Below, piece by piece: positions 9,761 through 18,680 of a DNA stretch of 20,000 bases. The DNA is from an uncultured virus (IMG/VR IMGVR_UViG_3300015608_001800). Taxonomy: Duplodnaviria; Heunggongvirae; Uroviricota; Caudoviricetes. The position numbers and the translations under genes were made by a program. The stretch is taken from IMG/VR virus record IMGVR_UViG_3300015608_001800. One strand, 5' to 3'. The notes beneath the pieces are model-generated. The model worked only from the letters and a program-made list of their open reading frames with translations, did not search any database and was not told the DNA's origin. Within the stretch, counting starts at the first letter, position 1, and each line of letters starts with the position of its first letter.

Positions 9761-10038
9761 TAGACTAATATTTTTGCTTTTTTAAAATTAATAACATTAT
9801 TATCAATAATAACATCATATAAAATATATGTAGAATCACCATCTCTTTCTTTAAAAATTAATGAACATTCGTTACAATTTAATTTTAATGACTCACCAAT
9901 AAAATTAATAGGGTTCCATTTATAATCACCTATAAACCAAGTTGACCCATTTATGGTATTTTCATCAATTTCCAAACTTGGTCTATCACATTTAACGACC
10001 CAAGTATTTTCATTTGTTATCAGTTTAGCTTCTTTCAT
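9760..10038 (-). CDS. Small hypothetical protein (92 aa), possible divergent tail-tube (gp19-like) paralogue
   Basis: ATG with A-rich leader, TAATG-coupled to next gene; WVVKCDRPSLEI..STWFIGDYKWNPINF resembles tail-tube motifs by eye. Confidence 0.6.
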   Translation of the reverse strand: MKEAKLITNENTWVVKCDRPSLEIDENTINGSTWFIGDYKWNPINFIGESLKLNCNECSLIFKERDGDSTYILYDVIIDNNVINFKKAKILV

Positions 10039-10089
10039 TTATTTTTGTTGTTTTTTATTAATATAACGATGAAATTCTCAAAGTATATT

Positions 10090-10545
10090 TTATCTATTTT
10101 CTATTATATTATAATAACCGTTTCTATATTCTATTAATCCGTCTAACGTTTTAATTTCTGAAAGTCTAGAATGACGTTCAAAAACCGCCACACTCATCCT
10201 TTCTATAAATAGCTCGTTACTTACTTTTGGAGGGAAAACTAATCCCATTTTAGCCTCTTCTTTTATTGAAAAATAGTCATCAAAATCATAACCCGACATT
10301 GTGGTTTTAAAAATAGTAGGGAATTGTGAACCATAAGGTTGTCTACTATTACTTATTGAGACATTTTTTCTATAATCAGTAATATAGTCAACATTACCAA
10401 TTGTGTAGTACACTTTAGTAATTGCTGTTAAATTAGTTGGATCATATTCAACATTTGTAACACCATTAACTCCAATTTGGAATGGGTTATTTTTATCATA
10501 TGTACTAACTAAATCTAGTTTATGTGATGTAAACCCTGTTATCAT
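10090..10545 (-). CDS. Putative structural protein (151 aa from likely start MITGFTSHK)
   Basis: Track ORF 10090..10572; the second Met at 10545 forms an ATGA overlap with the upstream TGA and is the more likely start. Confidence 0.7.
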   Translation of the reverse strand: MITGFTSHKLDLVSTYDKNNPFQIGVNGVTNVEYDPTNLTAITKVYYTIGNVDYITDYRKNVSISNSRQPYGSQFPTIFKTTMSGYDFDDYFSIKEEAKMGLVFPPKVSNELFIERMSVAVFERHSRLSEIKTLDGLIEYRNGYYNIIENR

Positions 10546-12356
10546 ACTAAAATTGAGTCTGTTACTGTACATCCATTAGCATCAGTAACCAATACATTCA
10601 ACGATGTACTCGGTTTGTGACAATATCTGTTTGATGTTATTCCTGAACCCCAAGAAACTGGAGCTCCGATTGTAGGTGTCATTGTCCAACTTATTGTGTA
10701 AGGACCTACACCACCATTTACATTAACTATACCTTGGCGACATTCAGACGTACCACATGATGTACATCCAGTTACACCACCGATATAATCTATACCACCA
10801 ACAATAGATAGTGGCATTGCAGGTTGTGTAATAGTAACTTCTGATTCCACACTACATCCTGCCGGATCTACTACTCTTATAGTATGAGTACCAGCTGTTA
10901 ACGTTATGTTAGTTGACGTTGAGAATACTGTCCCAACTAAAACATTGTCTCTATAGAAAGACATCGGATAGGTGGTTGTGAAGCCAGGTATTGTAGTACC
11001 ATCTGTTGTATAATAAACACTAAAAGTACCTGTTACTGAACCACCAAAACAAGGTATGTTATAACCATTAGTTGTTGAGAATGATGGTACAGTTAAGTTA
11101 AACACAGGTCTTTGATACATCACTTGTGAAGTGGAAGGACCTGTACACCCATTAGCATCTGTGATTGTTGCTGAATAAGTACCAACATTTAGATTAGTTA
11201 AACTATAAGGACCTGTTAATGATAGAGAAGTTAATGGTACACTATTTTTTTGTATATTAACAGCATATGGTGGAGTTCCACCACCTGGTGTGAATAAAAT
11301 AGACCCATTACTATTACCGTAACAAGTAACATTTGTTTTAGAACTTGTAAATGAAACTGATGAAGGTTGTGATAATACGGTAGGCCCAACTGTTGTGAAG
11401 TTACCAACACTATCATATATAGTTGTATTATATGTACCTGCAGGTAAATTTATGAAAGTACCCGTATTGTTTGTTACACCAGTAGGCCCTGTTAATATAT
11501 AAGTGTAACCTGAAAATGCGTTACCACCATTAGCTGTTAAAATAATAGTACCTGTATTACCACCATTACAGTCAATATTTCCTGTCGTAACAACAGAACC
11601 ACTAACCGCGGAAGGTTGTGTGATTGTGAATACGGTAGATATTGTCACAGGTGGGACGGCTGAATCTGTAACTTGTGCACTATACACACCAGCACATAAA
11701 CCAGTTAAACCTGTTATAGTTGTAGAAGGTCCTGCAACAACAGTTGTTGCTGTATAAGCCGGTGGTGTAAAAGAGTACCAAGTATACGTATAAGGTGGTT
11801 GTCCACCACTAGGTGTTATACTTGCAGTACCATTACAACCTACTGTTGCATTAGTTGTAGAACCTTGTGATTGCATGTTAACATATAAAGCTTGTGGTTG
11901 TTGTAGATAGTATGAAACATATGAAAAATCACAATTACCATCAGTAATTTTTAATGTATAATTTCCTGTTTTTAAACCCGAAAGAGATAAACTATTAGAG
12001 GTGAAACCGTTTGGTCCTGTCCAAGAATATGTATAAGGTCCAGGACAACCAGGGTTTATTGTTGCACTAATTGTACCATCACTACCACCAAAATAACTAA
12101 TTGGTGTTGACGATATTGATGCTGTACAGTTATTGAGTGTTAAACAAGGTTTTTGTCCACTACCACTATTTGTGGTATTCCATAAACCACTTAAATCGAT
12201 AATCTCATAAACAGGGTTTTCAACATCAGTATAAATCCCAATATCTTCAAAATCTTGTTTTAACATTATCTGAAAGTTCAAAGTAGTGGAAGTAACAACT
12301 AAATTAGTTGTTCTACCAAAATCTTCATAACCTACTTTTTTTCTTATGTATTCCAT
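10542..12356 (-). CDS. SprB-repeat-containing putative virion protein (604 aa)
   Basis: About six repeats of the form QP...C.G...G.I.....GG.PPYTY.W....L.AG.Y...ITDANGC, matching SprB repeats (Pfam SprB) by eye; no signal peptide, no T9SS C-terminal domain visible. Confidence 0.8.
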   Translation of the reverse strand: MEYIRKKVGYEDFGRTTNLVVTSTTLNFQIMLKQDFEDIGIYTDVENPVYEIIDLSGLWNTTNSGSGQKPCLTLNNCTASISSTPISYFGGSDGTISATINPGCPGPYTYSWTGPNGFTSNSLSLSGLKTGNYTLKITDGNCDFSYVSYYLQQPQALYVNMQSQGSTTNATVGCNGTASITPSGGQPPYTYTWYSFTPPAYTATTVVAGPSTTITGLTGLCAGVYSAQVTDSAVPPVTISTVFTITQPSAVSGSVVTTGNIDCNGGNTGTIILTANGGNAFSGYTYILTGPTGVTNNTGTFINLPAGTYNTTIYDSVGNFTTVGPTVLSQPSSVSFTSSKTNVTCYGNSNGSILFTPGGGTPPYAVNIQKNSVPLTSLSLTGPYSLTNLNVGTYSATITDANGCTGPSTSQVMYQRPVFNLTVPSFSTTNGYNIPCFGGSVTGTFSVYYTTDGTTIPGFTTTYPMSFYRDNVLVGTVFSTSTNITLTAGTHTIRVVDPAGCSVESEVTITQPAMPLSIVGGIDYIGGVTGCTSCGTSECRQGIVNVNGGVGPYTISWTMTPTIGAPVSWGSGITSNRYCHKPSTSLNVLVTDANGCTVTDSILV

Positions 12357-13153
12357 TAAACCATAATAAATTCAGATAGTGTTATCACACTAGGTGTGTT
12401 AGCCCCAAAAGGCATATAAGGTCTAAAATTAAATTCCCCATTATTTAATTTTGGATTTAATAACTCAATAGCACTCGTTCTCCAATCTCTATTACCTGTA
12501 TTACTATATTGAGCTATCGTCAATGGGGATGTGATATATGTTGGTGGATTTATGAATCTCGTTACTTTACCTGTTTTTGCATTAAAGAATCTAGCATCCA
12601 TGTAGACCACCCTATTGTTATTGTTTTCTTTAAAATATTCATCATTTCTTAACCAATAAAGTCGATTAAAAGGAATGATTGGTTGTGTTGTTTCACCAAC
12701 ATCCAAATCTTCTGTGAATATTAAATTATTCGTGTCACCACTATTTGTATCGTAAAAATATAATCTAAAGAAACTTTTTTTAAACCCATTTCTTCTTTTA
12801 TTTATATCTAAATTTGTAAAATCAGCTGCACTATAAGATGTTGTAAAAGTAGATGATGTTGTGTTCCAAAATCTAAATTGTATCAACAAACCTTTACCGT
12901 AATTAACTAGAGGGTTATTATCATCTCTAAATTTATACTTTGTTGTTTCAGCATCAAAAGTTGGATTTATTGCCTTTTTTCTCTCAGCAACAACAATATC
13001 TTGTACATCCTCACCGTAATCAACAGGGAAGAAATTTAAACCCAAAGGGACAGTTATAGATTTATATAAACCACCATCCGTTCCACCACTTACTGTGAAA
13101 GTTTGTCCAGTTACTGACTGAAATGTATTTTGTATTTGATATTTTATTAACAT
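12356..13153 (-). CDS. Putative structural protein (265 aa)
   Basis: Intact ORF overlapping both neighbours (ATGTTAA upstream, TAATG downstream); context only. Confidence 0.65.
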   Translation of the reverse strand: MLIKYQIQNTFQSVTGQTFTVSGGTDGGLYKSITVPLGLNFFPVDYGEDVQDIVVAERKKAINPTFDAETTKYKFRDDNNPLVNYGKGLLIQFRFWNTTSSTFTTSYSAADFTNLDINKRRNGFKKSFFRLYFYDTNSGDTNNLIFTEDLDVGETTQPIIPFNRLYWLRNDEYFKENNNNRVVYMDARFFNAKTGKVTRFINPPTYITSPLTIAQYSNTGNRDWRTSAIELLNPKLNNGEFNFRPYMPFGANTPSVITLSEFIMV

Positions 13154-14976
13154 TCTTCGTTTATATTTCTAATAACCCTAGCATCATCTTGGTTTATTAA
13201 AATTGGTGGGGTTTGTCTTCTTATGTATAGATTATGATTAAAGTAAAAATAATGTGCTCCATTGACGAATGGGTAGTCAACACCATTAACACCTTCTTCA
13301 AAATATCCTATTGTTAACAAATCCCTCCAAGCTATTGAACCATCAGGGTAGGTTTCGTAATTATCGGGGATGTCAACCATTGTTTCACCAGAAGCAGCAG
13401 TTTCAATAACATTTGAATATTTCCTAACTTGTAATTTTTTAAAAGGTTTATAATAATAACCTTCCCCGTTAGGGTTTGAATTAACACCAAACCTGTGAAT
13501 AACATCTGAGATAACAACTTCTCTCAATTCTTTACTGTTGTAATCTATAAAATCACCAATATACATGTCACCATCTACTCCAACAATTTCACCATCAGTA
13601 CCTATAGTTTCAGTTCTTGCTGAAAACTTTTCAATACTACCAATACCTGAAGGATTGTTAATTGATATAAATTCTAACCCATTTGCTGTTGTAGTTGTTT
13701 CATGGTTAAAATCCCAATCAGCAGTTACGTGTGAAAAATTGTAAGGATTCTTACCTGACCTTCTTATAATAGTATAGTAAAGTTCTGAAATAGGTCCATT
13801 TCTACTATCCCTAATTCTCTCAACACTAACGTCTTGTGTGAATTGAAACATCCAAGTATCATTACAAGTCCCTATGGTTGGATCACTAACATCTGAATAG
13901 ACATTACTACTAAAAGCACACGGATAAACATCATAACTATTGGTTGTTAGTAGTTCGAAATTTCTTACATAGTATTCAGACGGTGTACCATCTAATCGTC
14001 TCCATTGTGGTAGTGGTGAATAGGTTTGAGTAAACCCTTTTGTTAATGAAATGGTTGCTCTAATAACAAATTTTGTTGGTCCTACCACATTATAAACCCT
14101 CCAAGTACCGTTTAATATATTAGCAGTACCGAATCTTATATCAACAAAATCACCAACCAATAAATTATGTGGTAGTGTTGTATTAATTGTTGTATATTTT
14201 ATTTCGTTAATTCCATACACACCAATAGTGGTTCCACTAATGTCTGTTGCTGTAGAGAAATTAAAATTCTGTGGGTTATTGAAATTAACATCATCAAATG
14301 ATGGTTCCACAATTTTAACAAAATTACCCACACCACTAGGTATGGAATTAACAATAGTTTCTAGCGTTAAATCTTGTTTAAGATTTTCACCATCTATACC
14401 TCTACTTAATATTTTATGTATACCTTGTAGTGGATTAAAACTGGTATTACTATAAAGGTAGATAAACTCACCTTCTTGTAGATTATGAGATTGTACCCCC
14501 TTTACCGTTAATCTATCATTACCATTAACTGCTGTTGAGCCTAAAAACTGATATTGAAACCCTCTGAAGGCTTCTGAAGTAATAGTACCAACAGGTGTTC
14601 TAGCCTGAATTGAATAAAAAGAATCCATTTTTGATGGATATGTTATTTGCATTACCCAATTACTAGGTGTTACCGCTGGTGTACCATAAAACATTGGACT
14701 CCAAGCTGAATCATCAAATTTACCCATAACATATGCGGTAGAGCCTGTCGATAACACATTGGAGGTATAGATGTTTAATTTCCCATTGAAACGGTAGTTA
14801 AAAGCCTTTCGTCTTTCTTCCTCAAATAATTGTTGTAGATTAACTATGTCAATAATATCGTATTCAGTTAGTGGTTTTGTTTTTTCCTCTAACTGTAACT
14901 GTAAATTTGTGTCTGTATTGGGAGCAAGTTTGTATCTTTTACTTCCAATAAGTTGTGTAACATAGTTATTTTCCAT
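13147..14976 (-). CDS. Putative baseplate-associated structural protein (609 aa)
   Basis: Intact ORF; two internal repeats SHNLQEGEFIYL / PHNLLVGDFVDI of the H-x-L-x-x-G-[DE] small beta-barrel type seen in phage structural proteins. Confidence 0.7.
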   Translation of the reverse strand: MENNYVTQLIGSKRYKLAPNTDTNLQLQLEEKTKPLTEYDIIDIVNLQQLFEEERRKAFNYRFNGKLNIYTSNVLSTGSTAYVMGKFDDSAWSPMFYGTPAVTPSNWVMQITYPSKMDSFYSIQARTPVGTITSEAFRGFQYQFLGSTAVNGNDRLTVKGVQSHNLQEGEFIYLYSNTSFNPLQGIHKILSRGIDGENLKQDLTLETIVNSIPSGVGNFVKIVEPSFDDVNFNNPQNFNFSTATDISGTTIGVYGINEIKYTTINTTLPHNLLVGDFVDIRFGTANILNGTWRVYNVVGPTKFVIRATISLTKGFTQTYSPLPQWRRLDGTPSEYYVRNFELLTTNSYDVYPCAFSSNVYSDVSDPTIGTCNDTWMFQFTQDVSVERIRDSRNGPISELYYTIIRRSGKNPYNFSHVTADWDFNHETTTTANGLEFISINNPSGIGSIEKFSARTETIGTDGEIVGVDGDMYIGDFIDYNSKELREVVISDVIHRFGVNSNPNGEGYYYKPFKKLQVRKYSNVIETAASGETMVDIPDNYETYPDGSIAWRDLLTIGYFEEGVNGVDYPFVNGAHYFYFNHNLYIRRQTPPILINQDDARVIRNINEEC

Positions 14977-15755
14977 TAAGATTTAATTTTATTAATTAAC
15001 TCCTCTATAGTTATAGAACAATTAAAGTTTTTTCTAATATTATCTTCCCAAGGTATAAATTCTAAATTGTAAAAATTACCAATTATTTCTGGTTCTATTC
15101 CGTTTTTAAAACCTTCTAGTATAGAATATTTGTGATCTAGATGATAACAACCTTTAATACCACTTATACATCTTTTTTCATTGTTTTCTAATAATTTGAT
15201 GTTTTGTTTACTGGTAGTTTTCATAACATCACTTTTATATTTTTTAAAAGCTGGTATAGACTTTAAATAGTCTTCATAGTTCATCCCAATACGATATTTA
15301 TTTTCAGTTCTAATAACTGAATGTTTTTTTAAAATACTATTAATAGTTGTGTATGGTATTTTAAGTTCCTCAACAATTTCTAACATACTTTTATTATCTA
15401 AATATAATTTTAAAATTATATCTTCTTTCTCATGTATATGAGAATATTTGTTATCTCTATTGATTCCATTATCTTTTAATATATTAAGTATTGTTCTTTT
15501 ACTGCAACCAATTTGTTCGGATATTTTAATAGATGACATACCACTTAAATATAATTCCACAATTTTTTCTTTTGGTTGTTTAGATCCTATTTTCTTATTT
15601 TTCTTAGCCTCAGAAATTGATTTAGTTAGTCCATATTTTTTTAAAATTCTTTGTGGTACTGTAGATGAACACCCTAATAACCTACCTATTTCTATTGTAG
15701 ATAGATTATCTTCTAGATATAATTTCTTAATTAAATTATGTTTATCAGTATTCAT
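14976..15755 (-). CDS. Free-standing HNH-type homing endonuclease with three N-terminal HTH repeats (259 aa)
   Basis: Three repeats I..LY....S..EI...LG.S...I..ILK..G; C-terminal YHLDHKYS...NLEFIPWEDNIRKN His-Me-finger pattern; Lys-rich, visibly more AT-rich than flanks. Confidence 0.8.
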   Translation of the reverse strand: MNTDKHNLIKKLYLEDNLSTIEIGRLLGCSSTVPQRILKKYGLTKSISEAKKNKKIGSKQPKEKIVELYLSGMSSIKISEQIGCSKRTILNILKDNGINRDNKYSHIHEKEDIILKLYLDNKSMLEIVEELKIPYTTINSILKKHSVIRTENKYRIGMNYEDYLKSIPAFKKYKSDVMKTTSKQNIKLLENNEKRCISGIKGCYHLDHKYSILEGFKNGIEPEIIGNFYNLEFIPWEDNIRKNFNCSITIEELINKIKS

Positions 15756-15759
15756 CTTA

Positions 15760-15768
15760 TATAAATAT
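15760..15768 (-). promoter_or_regulatory. Putative phage late promoter motif ATATTTATA
   Basis: In the 20-nt gap, 4 nt upstream of the HNH endonuclease ATG. Confidence 0.5.
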
Positions 15769-15775
15769 GTTCGAA

Positions 15776-17593
15776 TTAAGATTTCACACGAACACGTACG
15801 TCTGACTGAGGATATTTTATTTCAAACATTGTATCGTATTCACCAAATAACGCAAAATCATCAGTTAAATCGATTTGTTTTGTAACGTTATCTAGGTAAG
15901 GTTGATTGGTAGTATTTAATGAGTACCTACCGTCAACTTCATTATAAACTTTAATATCAACTACGTTTAAAACCCCAGCAACATTATTAATTTGTTCTAT
16001 TAATTGTGCCAAATAAACATTTTGTCCCATTTGCCACTTTTTAATATCAAAGTAATTTTTAATAGTATTAATTGTATTGTTTATTAATTCTCCCTGATTA
16101 AATGTTTTATCAACATATAAATCAATATCAAAAGATAAATTAATAATCTTACCGTCTCTAATTAGAACATAGTCATTTATCATCCTATAGTCAGCCAACC
16201 AAGTAGCCATATTTTCTTTTAAGGTGTTTGTTGATGAATTATCTAATTTACCTTCAGCGTTTAAACCTAAGATGGCAAATTCCACTTTGTTTTGATTTTC
16301 AGCCACTTGCATTCTAAACGGTACTCCGTATTGACCTGGCATCTTAAACATTGTAGCAATATAATCTTTAATCGTAACTGCTCTATTTTGAGAAGCGAAA
16401 TTATATTTGGTTATCCATCTAATTTCATCGATTGACGGTTCGTCTGCCCCACCAAATGCTGGTACAGGGTTATTAACTCTTAATGATTGTCTAACACTCT
16501 GATTTATCGTAGCATTAGGTCCGTTAATAAACATATCAACAAACCCTAAACTGTTTATCACATTACTACCTATATTAGCCGCACTACCACCACCCACTCT
16601 ATATCTAACATATAGTGTTGTGTTAGGTTTTGGTATTTCCCCTAATGCTGTAGTGTTGAAGAAGTTAGCAATTTGTAAAACATACTGATTTTGAGTATAG
16701 TTCTGTAAATTTTGTTGATCAGAGAATCCTGAACCAAATGTTAATTTACAGAAACCTGTGTCAGTATATTCTCTAACAAATTTTTTATTAATACTAATCC
16801 ATTTACCTGGTTTAATACCTGAATTATCAGTACTTCTTGTTGGATCATCAACAAATATTTTATCTTCAGCTAGTGAATCCACCTCCCACCATCTTATATT
16901 ATTATCCATAAACTCAGCGGTTGTTGGGTTTGTAATTAATGAAGTACCTTCTTTAGTTATTACTTGTTCTACAGAAACTACATTGTTATCAGGTAAAATA
17001 ACCTCTAAGAATGGTATTGCATCAGCGGAATTAATAATTTTCTTGAAGATTTTAGATTGTCCATTACTTACAATCTCCCTCTTAACTAAAGTATAATTAA
17101 CAATTTGATTGTTAGCGTTAATGTTTGGGATTATAAGTCTGTTTGGTATACCACCAGAACTATATGGAGATGAAAAATCAATGTCATCTAATGTTTCAAA
17201 GATTTGTCCAGCCCCAGCAACTTGGGTTCCGTATTTAACTATTGGTGCGTATCTTATATCAAATGTGTCACCAAAAACAGGAACAGTAACAGAGAAATCA
17301 ACTAAAGTTATTGATGACCTCTTACCTGGTATTTTTAACCCTAAAGTTCTAGCAATATTAAGAAGTGACCTTCTTTCTTGTGCGTAATCAATTTGGGTTT
17401 CATTGAACATCCTATCTGTGTGATAAGATAACATATCAGATACCGCGGCATTTAATTCTAATAACATCATACCGATAGATGCATCATTAAAATCTTGGTA
17501 GAGTTCAGGGTAAAAGTGTTTTACGTAAGTAATTAACTCACCTCTAACATCTGCGAAATTTCTTGCGAAATAATTAATTTTCTTTTCTGTCAT
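15776..17593 (-). CDS. Baseplate wedge protein, T4 gp6 / baseplate J-like (605 aa)
   Basis: INYFARNFADVRGELITY...DFNDASIGMMLLEL...AQERRSLLNIARTLG N-terminus; YRVGGG and GGADEPSIDEIR...QNRAVTIKDY motifs; immediately after gp25-like gene. Confidence 0.92.
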   Translation of the reverse strand: MTEKKINYFARNFADVRGELITYVKHFYPELYQDFNDASIGMMLLELNAAVSDMLSYHTDRMFNETQIDYAQERRSLLNIARTLGLKIPGKRSSITLVDFSVTVPVFGDTFDIRYAPIVKYGTQVAGAGQIFETLDDIDFSSPYSSGGIPNRLIIPNINANNQIVNYTLVKREIVSNGQSKIFKKIINSADAIPFLEVILPDNNVVSVEQVITKEGTSLITNPTTAEFMDNNIRWWEVDSLAEDKIFVDDPTRSTDNSGIKPGKWISINKKFVREYTDTGFCKLTFGSGFSDQQNLQNYTQNQYVLQIANFFNTTALGEIPKPNTTLYVRYRVGGGSAANIGSNVINSLGFVDMFINGPNATINQSVRQSLRVNNPVPAFGGADEPSIDEIRWITKYNFASQNRAVTIKDYIATMFKMPGQYGVPFRMQVAENQNKVEFAILGLNAEGKLDNSSTNTLKENMATWLADYRMINDYVLIRDGKIINLSFDIDLYVDKTFNQGELINNTINTIKNYFDIKKWQMGQNVYLAQLIEQINNVAGVLNVVDIKVYNEVDGRYSLNTTNQPYLDNVTKQIDLTDDFALFGEYDTMFEIKYPQSDVRVRVKS

Positions 17594-17598
17594 AGTTT

Positions 17599-17985
17599 TT
17601 ACATTTTTAATGTTACAAAGTCAGAGGATTGAAATGCCCCCGTTGTTACTGTGTAATCTATCTTAACGACAACGGCATGAATATTATCATCCGATGGTGT
17701 TGTTGATAATTCTGTTATTGTTAAATTCGGAATATATTTTTTAACTGCTGTATTTATCTCATTTTTAATACCATTCCAAGATGGAGCATCATTTTGTTCA
17801 AAAATATATTGTCTAAGATTAGCCCCAAAATCAGGTAAATAAAGTCTTTCACCCTTATTAGTTAATAATAAATGCATTAAGTCAGCTTTAATTGCCTTCT
17901 TAGAATTATCATTCATTTGAAGGAATTTACCATCTGGATCATCCGAAAATGGAAATTGAATATTTATGAACCTTTCCTGTGCCAT
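17599..17985 (-). CDS. Baseplate wedge / sheath initiator, T4 gp25 (GPW/gp25)-like (128 aa)
   Basis: IKADLMHLLLTNKGERLYLPDFGANLRQYIFE matches the L.T..GER...P.FG..L...FE signature. Confidence 0.93.
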   Translation of the reverse strand: MAQERFINIQFPFSDDPDGKFLQMNDNSKKAIKADLMHLLLTNKGERLYLPDFGANLRQYIFEQNDAPSWNGIKNEINTAVKKYIPNLTITELSTTPSDDNIHAVVVKIDYTVTTGAFQSSDFVTLKM

Positions 17986-17995
17986 TTGTTTTCTT

Positions 17996-18004
17996 TATAA
18001 ATAT
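17996..18004 (-). promoter_or_regulatory. Putative phage late promoter motif ATATTTATA
   Basis: 10 nt upstream of the first structural gene, just downstream of a terminator; identical 9-mer upstream of the HNH gene. Confidence 0.55.
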
Positions 18005-18060
18005 CTATTTAGGAAATTTACCAACAAAAAATAAAATCTAAAGTGTAAAGTTTAGGGCAT

Positions 18061-18085
18061 AAAAAACCCCCGAATTTCGGGGGTT
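18061..18085 (-). terminator. Rho-independent terminator
   Basis: Minus-strand AACCCCCG-AAATT-CGGGGGTT followed by further Ts (T6 tract), 32 nt after the stop of the 178-aa gene. Confidence 0.9.
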
Positions 18086-18117
18086 AATTTTTATTCTAGG
18101 GTGATTGGTTATAAATT

Positions 18118-18654
18118 TTATTGAACAAGATTTATTAAATCTTTAAAAACCGTTTCCTTATTGATGTCAAACTCAAAATAACCTTTATCATTTTTTGGGT
18201 CTACCATATAAATACGTATTTTAACTGCCACTGAAGATAATAATTTCTGAATGTTTTCATCTGTAATTTCACAAGTTATATTAATCCCAGGGCATCCGCT
18301 TATTACTTTTCCACTACCACCTTTAGTTGCAGTAATATTATCTTTTATTGATAATTTGACTACACTATCATTAGCCAATTTAATTATTACTAACTGGTCT
18401 TTAACAACACTAAATGTATTTTCAACGCCAATCCAATTCTTAGCAGATTTTTCATATGGAATATGTAAATATGTTTTTGAATTGATTTTTTCCATATAAA
18501 CGGAAGTTGAATTGGCCATCCCAGTTTGGATATAAACTGATGTTGTGCGTTTAACTATGTCACCACTCATTTCATCTTTTTCATTTATTTTAAGTTTTTG
18601 ACTAAAAGTGAATAAACTAGTTAACATTAATAATGTAAATAATTTTGTTTTCAT
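18118..18654 (-). CDS. Hypothetical exported protein with Sec signal peptide (178 aa)
   Basis: MKTKLFTLLMLTSLFTFS-QK: basic N-terminus, hydrophobic core, likely cleavage before Gln as is typical in Bacteroidota. Confidence 0.8.
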   Translation of the reverse strand: MKTKLFTLLMLTSLFTFSQKLKINEKDEMSGDIVKRTTSVYIQTGMANSTSVYMEKINSKTYLHIPYEKSAKNWIGVENTFSVVKDQLVIIKLANDSVVKLSIKDNITATKGGSGKVISGCPGINITCEITDENIQKLLSSVAVKIRIYMVDPKNDKGYFEFDINKETVFKDLINLVQ

Positions 18655-18680
18655 TTGTTTATTGATTTTGAATTAGAATA

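Larger units (their letters stand above)
14975..15784. mobile_element. 800-bp endonuclease cassette bounded by 10-bp direct repeats
   Basis: ATTAAGATTT at 14975-14984 and 15775-15784; each copy contains a minus-strand stop codon (AAA TCT TAA T). Confidence 0.65.

Noticed and set aside
10039..10089. Host-type promoter before the 92-aa ORF
   Set aside because: ATACTTTG and TATATTAA are present but neither fits TAnnTTTG with correct -33 spacing.
8091..13517. Short nested minus-strand ORFs (8091..8279, 11231..11416, 13332..13517)
   Set aside because: Alternate-frame ORFs of about 60 aa inside real genes; no supporting signals.
15776..17985. Bacterial contractile injection system (eCIS/T6SS) interpretation
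   Set aside because: Adjacent RNR, multiple free-standing endonucleases and phage-style gene packing favour a phage genome.
431..18499. Plus-strand ORFs in the track (431, 3656, 3672, 6675, 9497, 14228, 15448, 16758, 17109, 18251)
   Set aside because: Short antisense shadows of longer minus-strand genes with no recognisable motifs.
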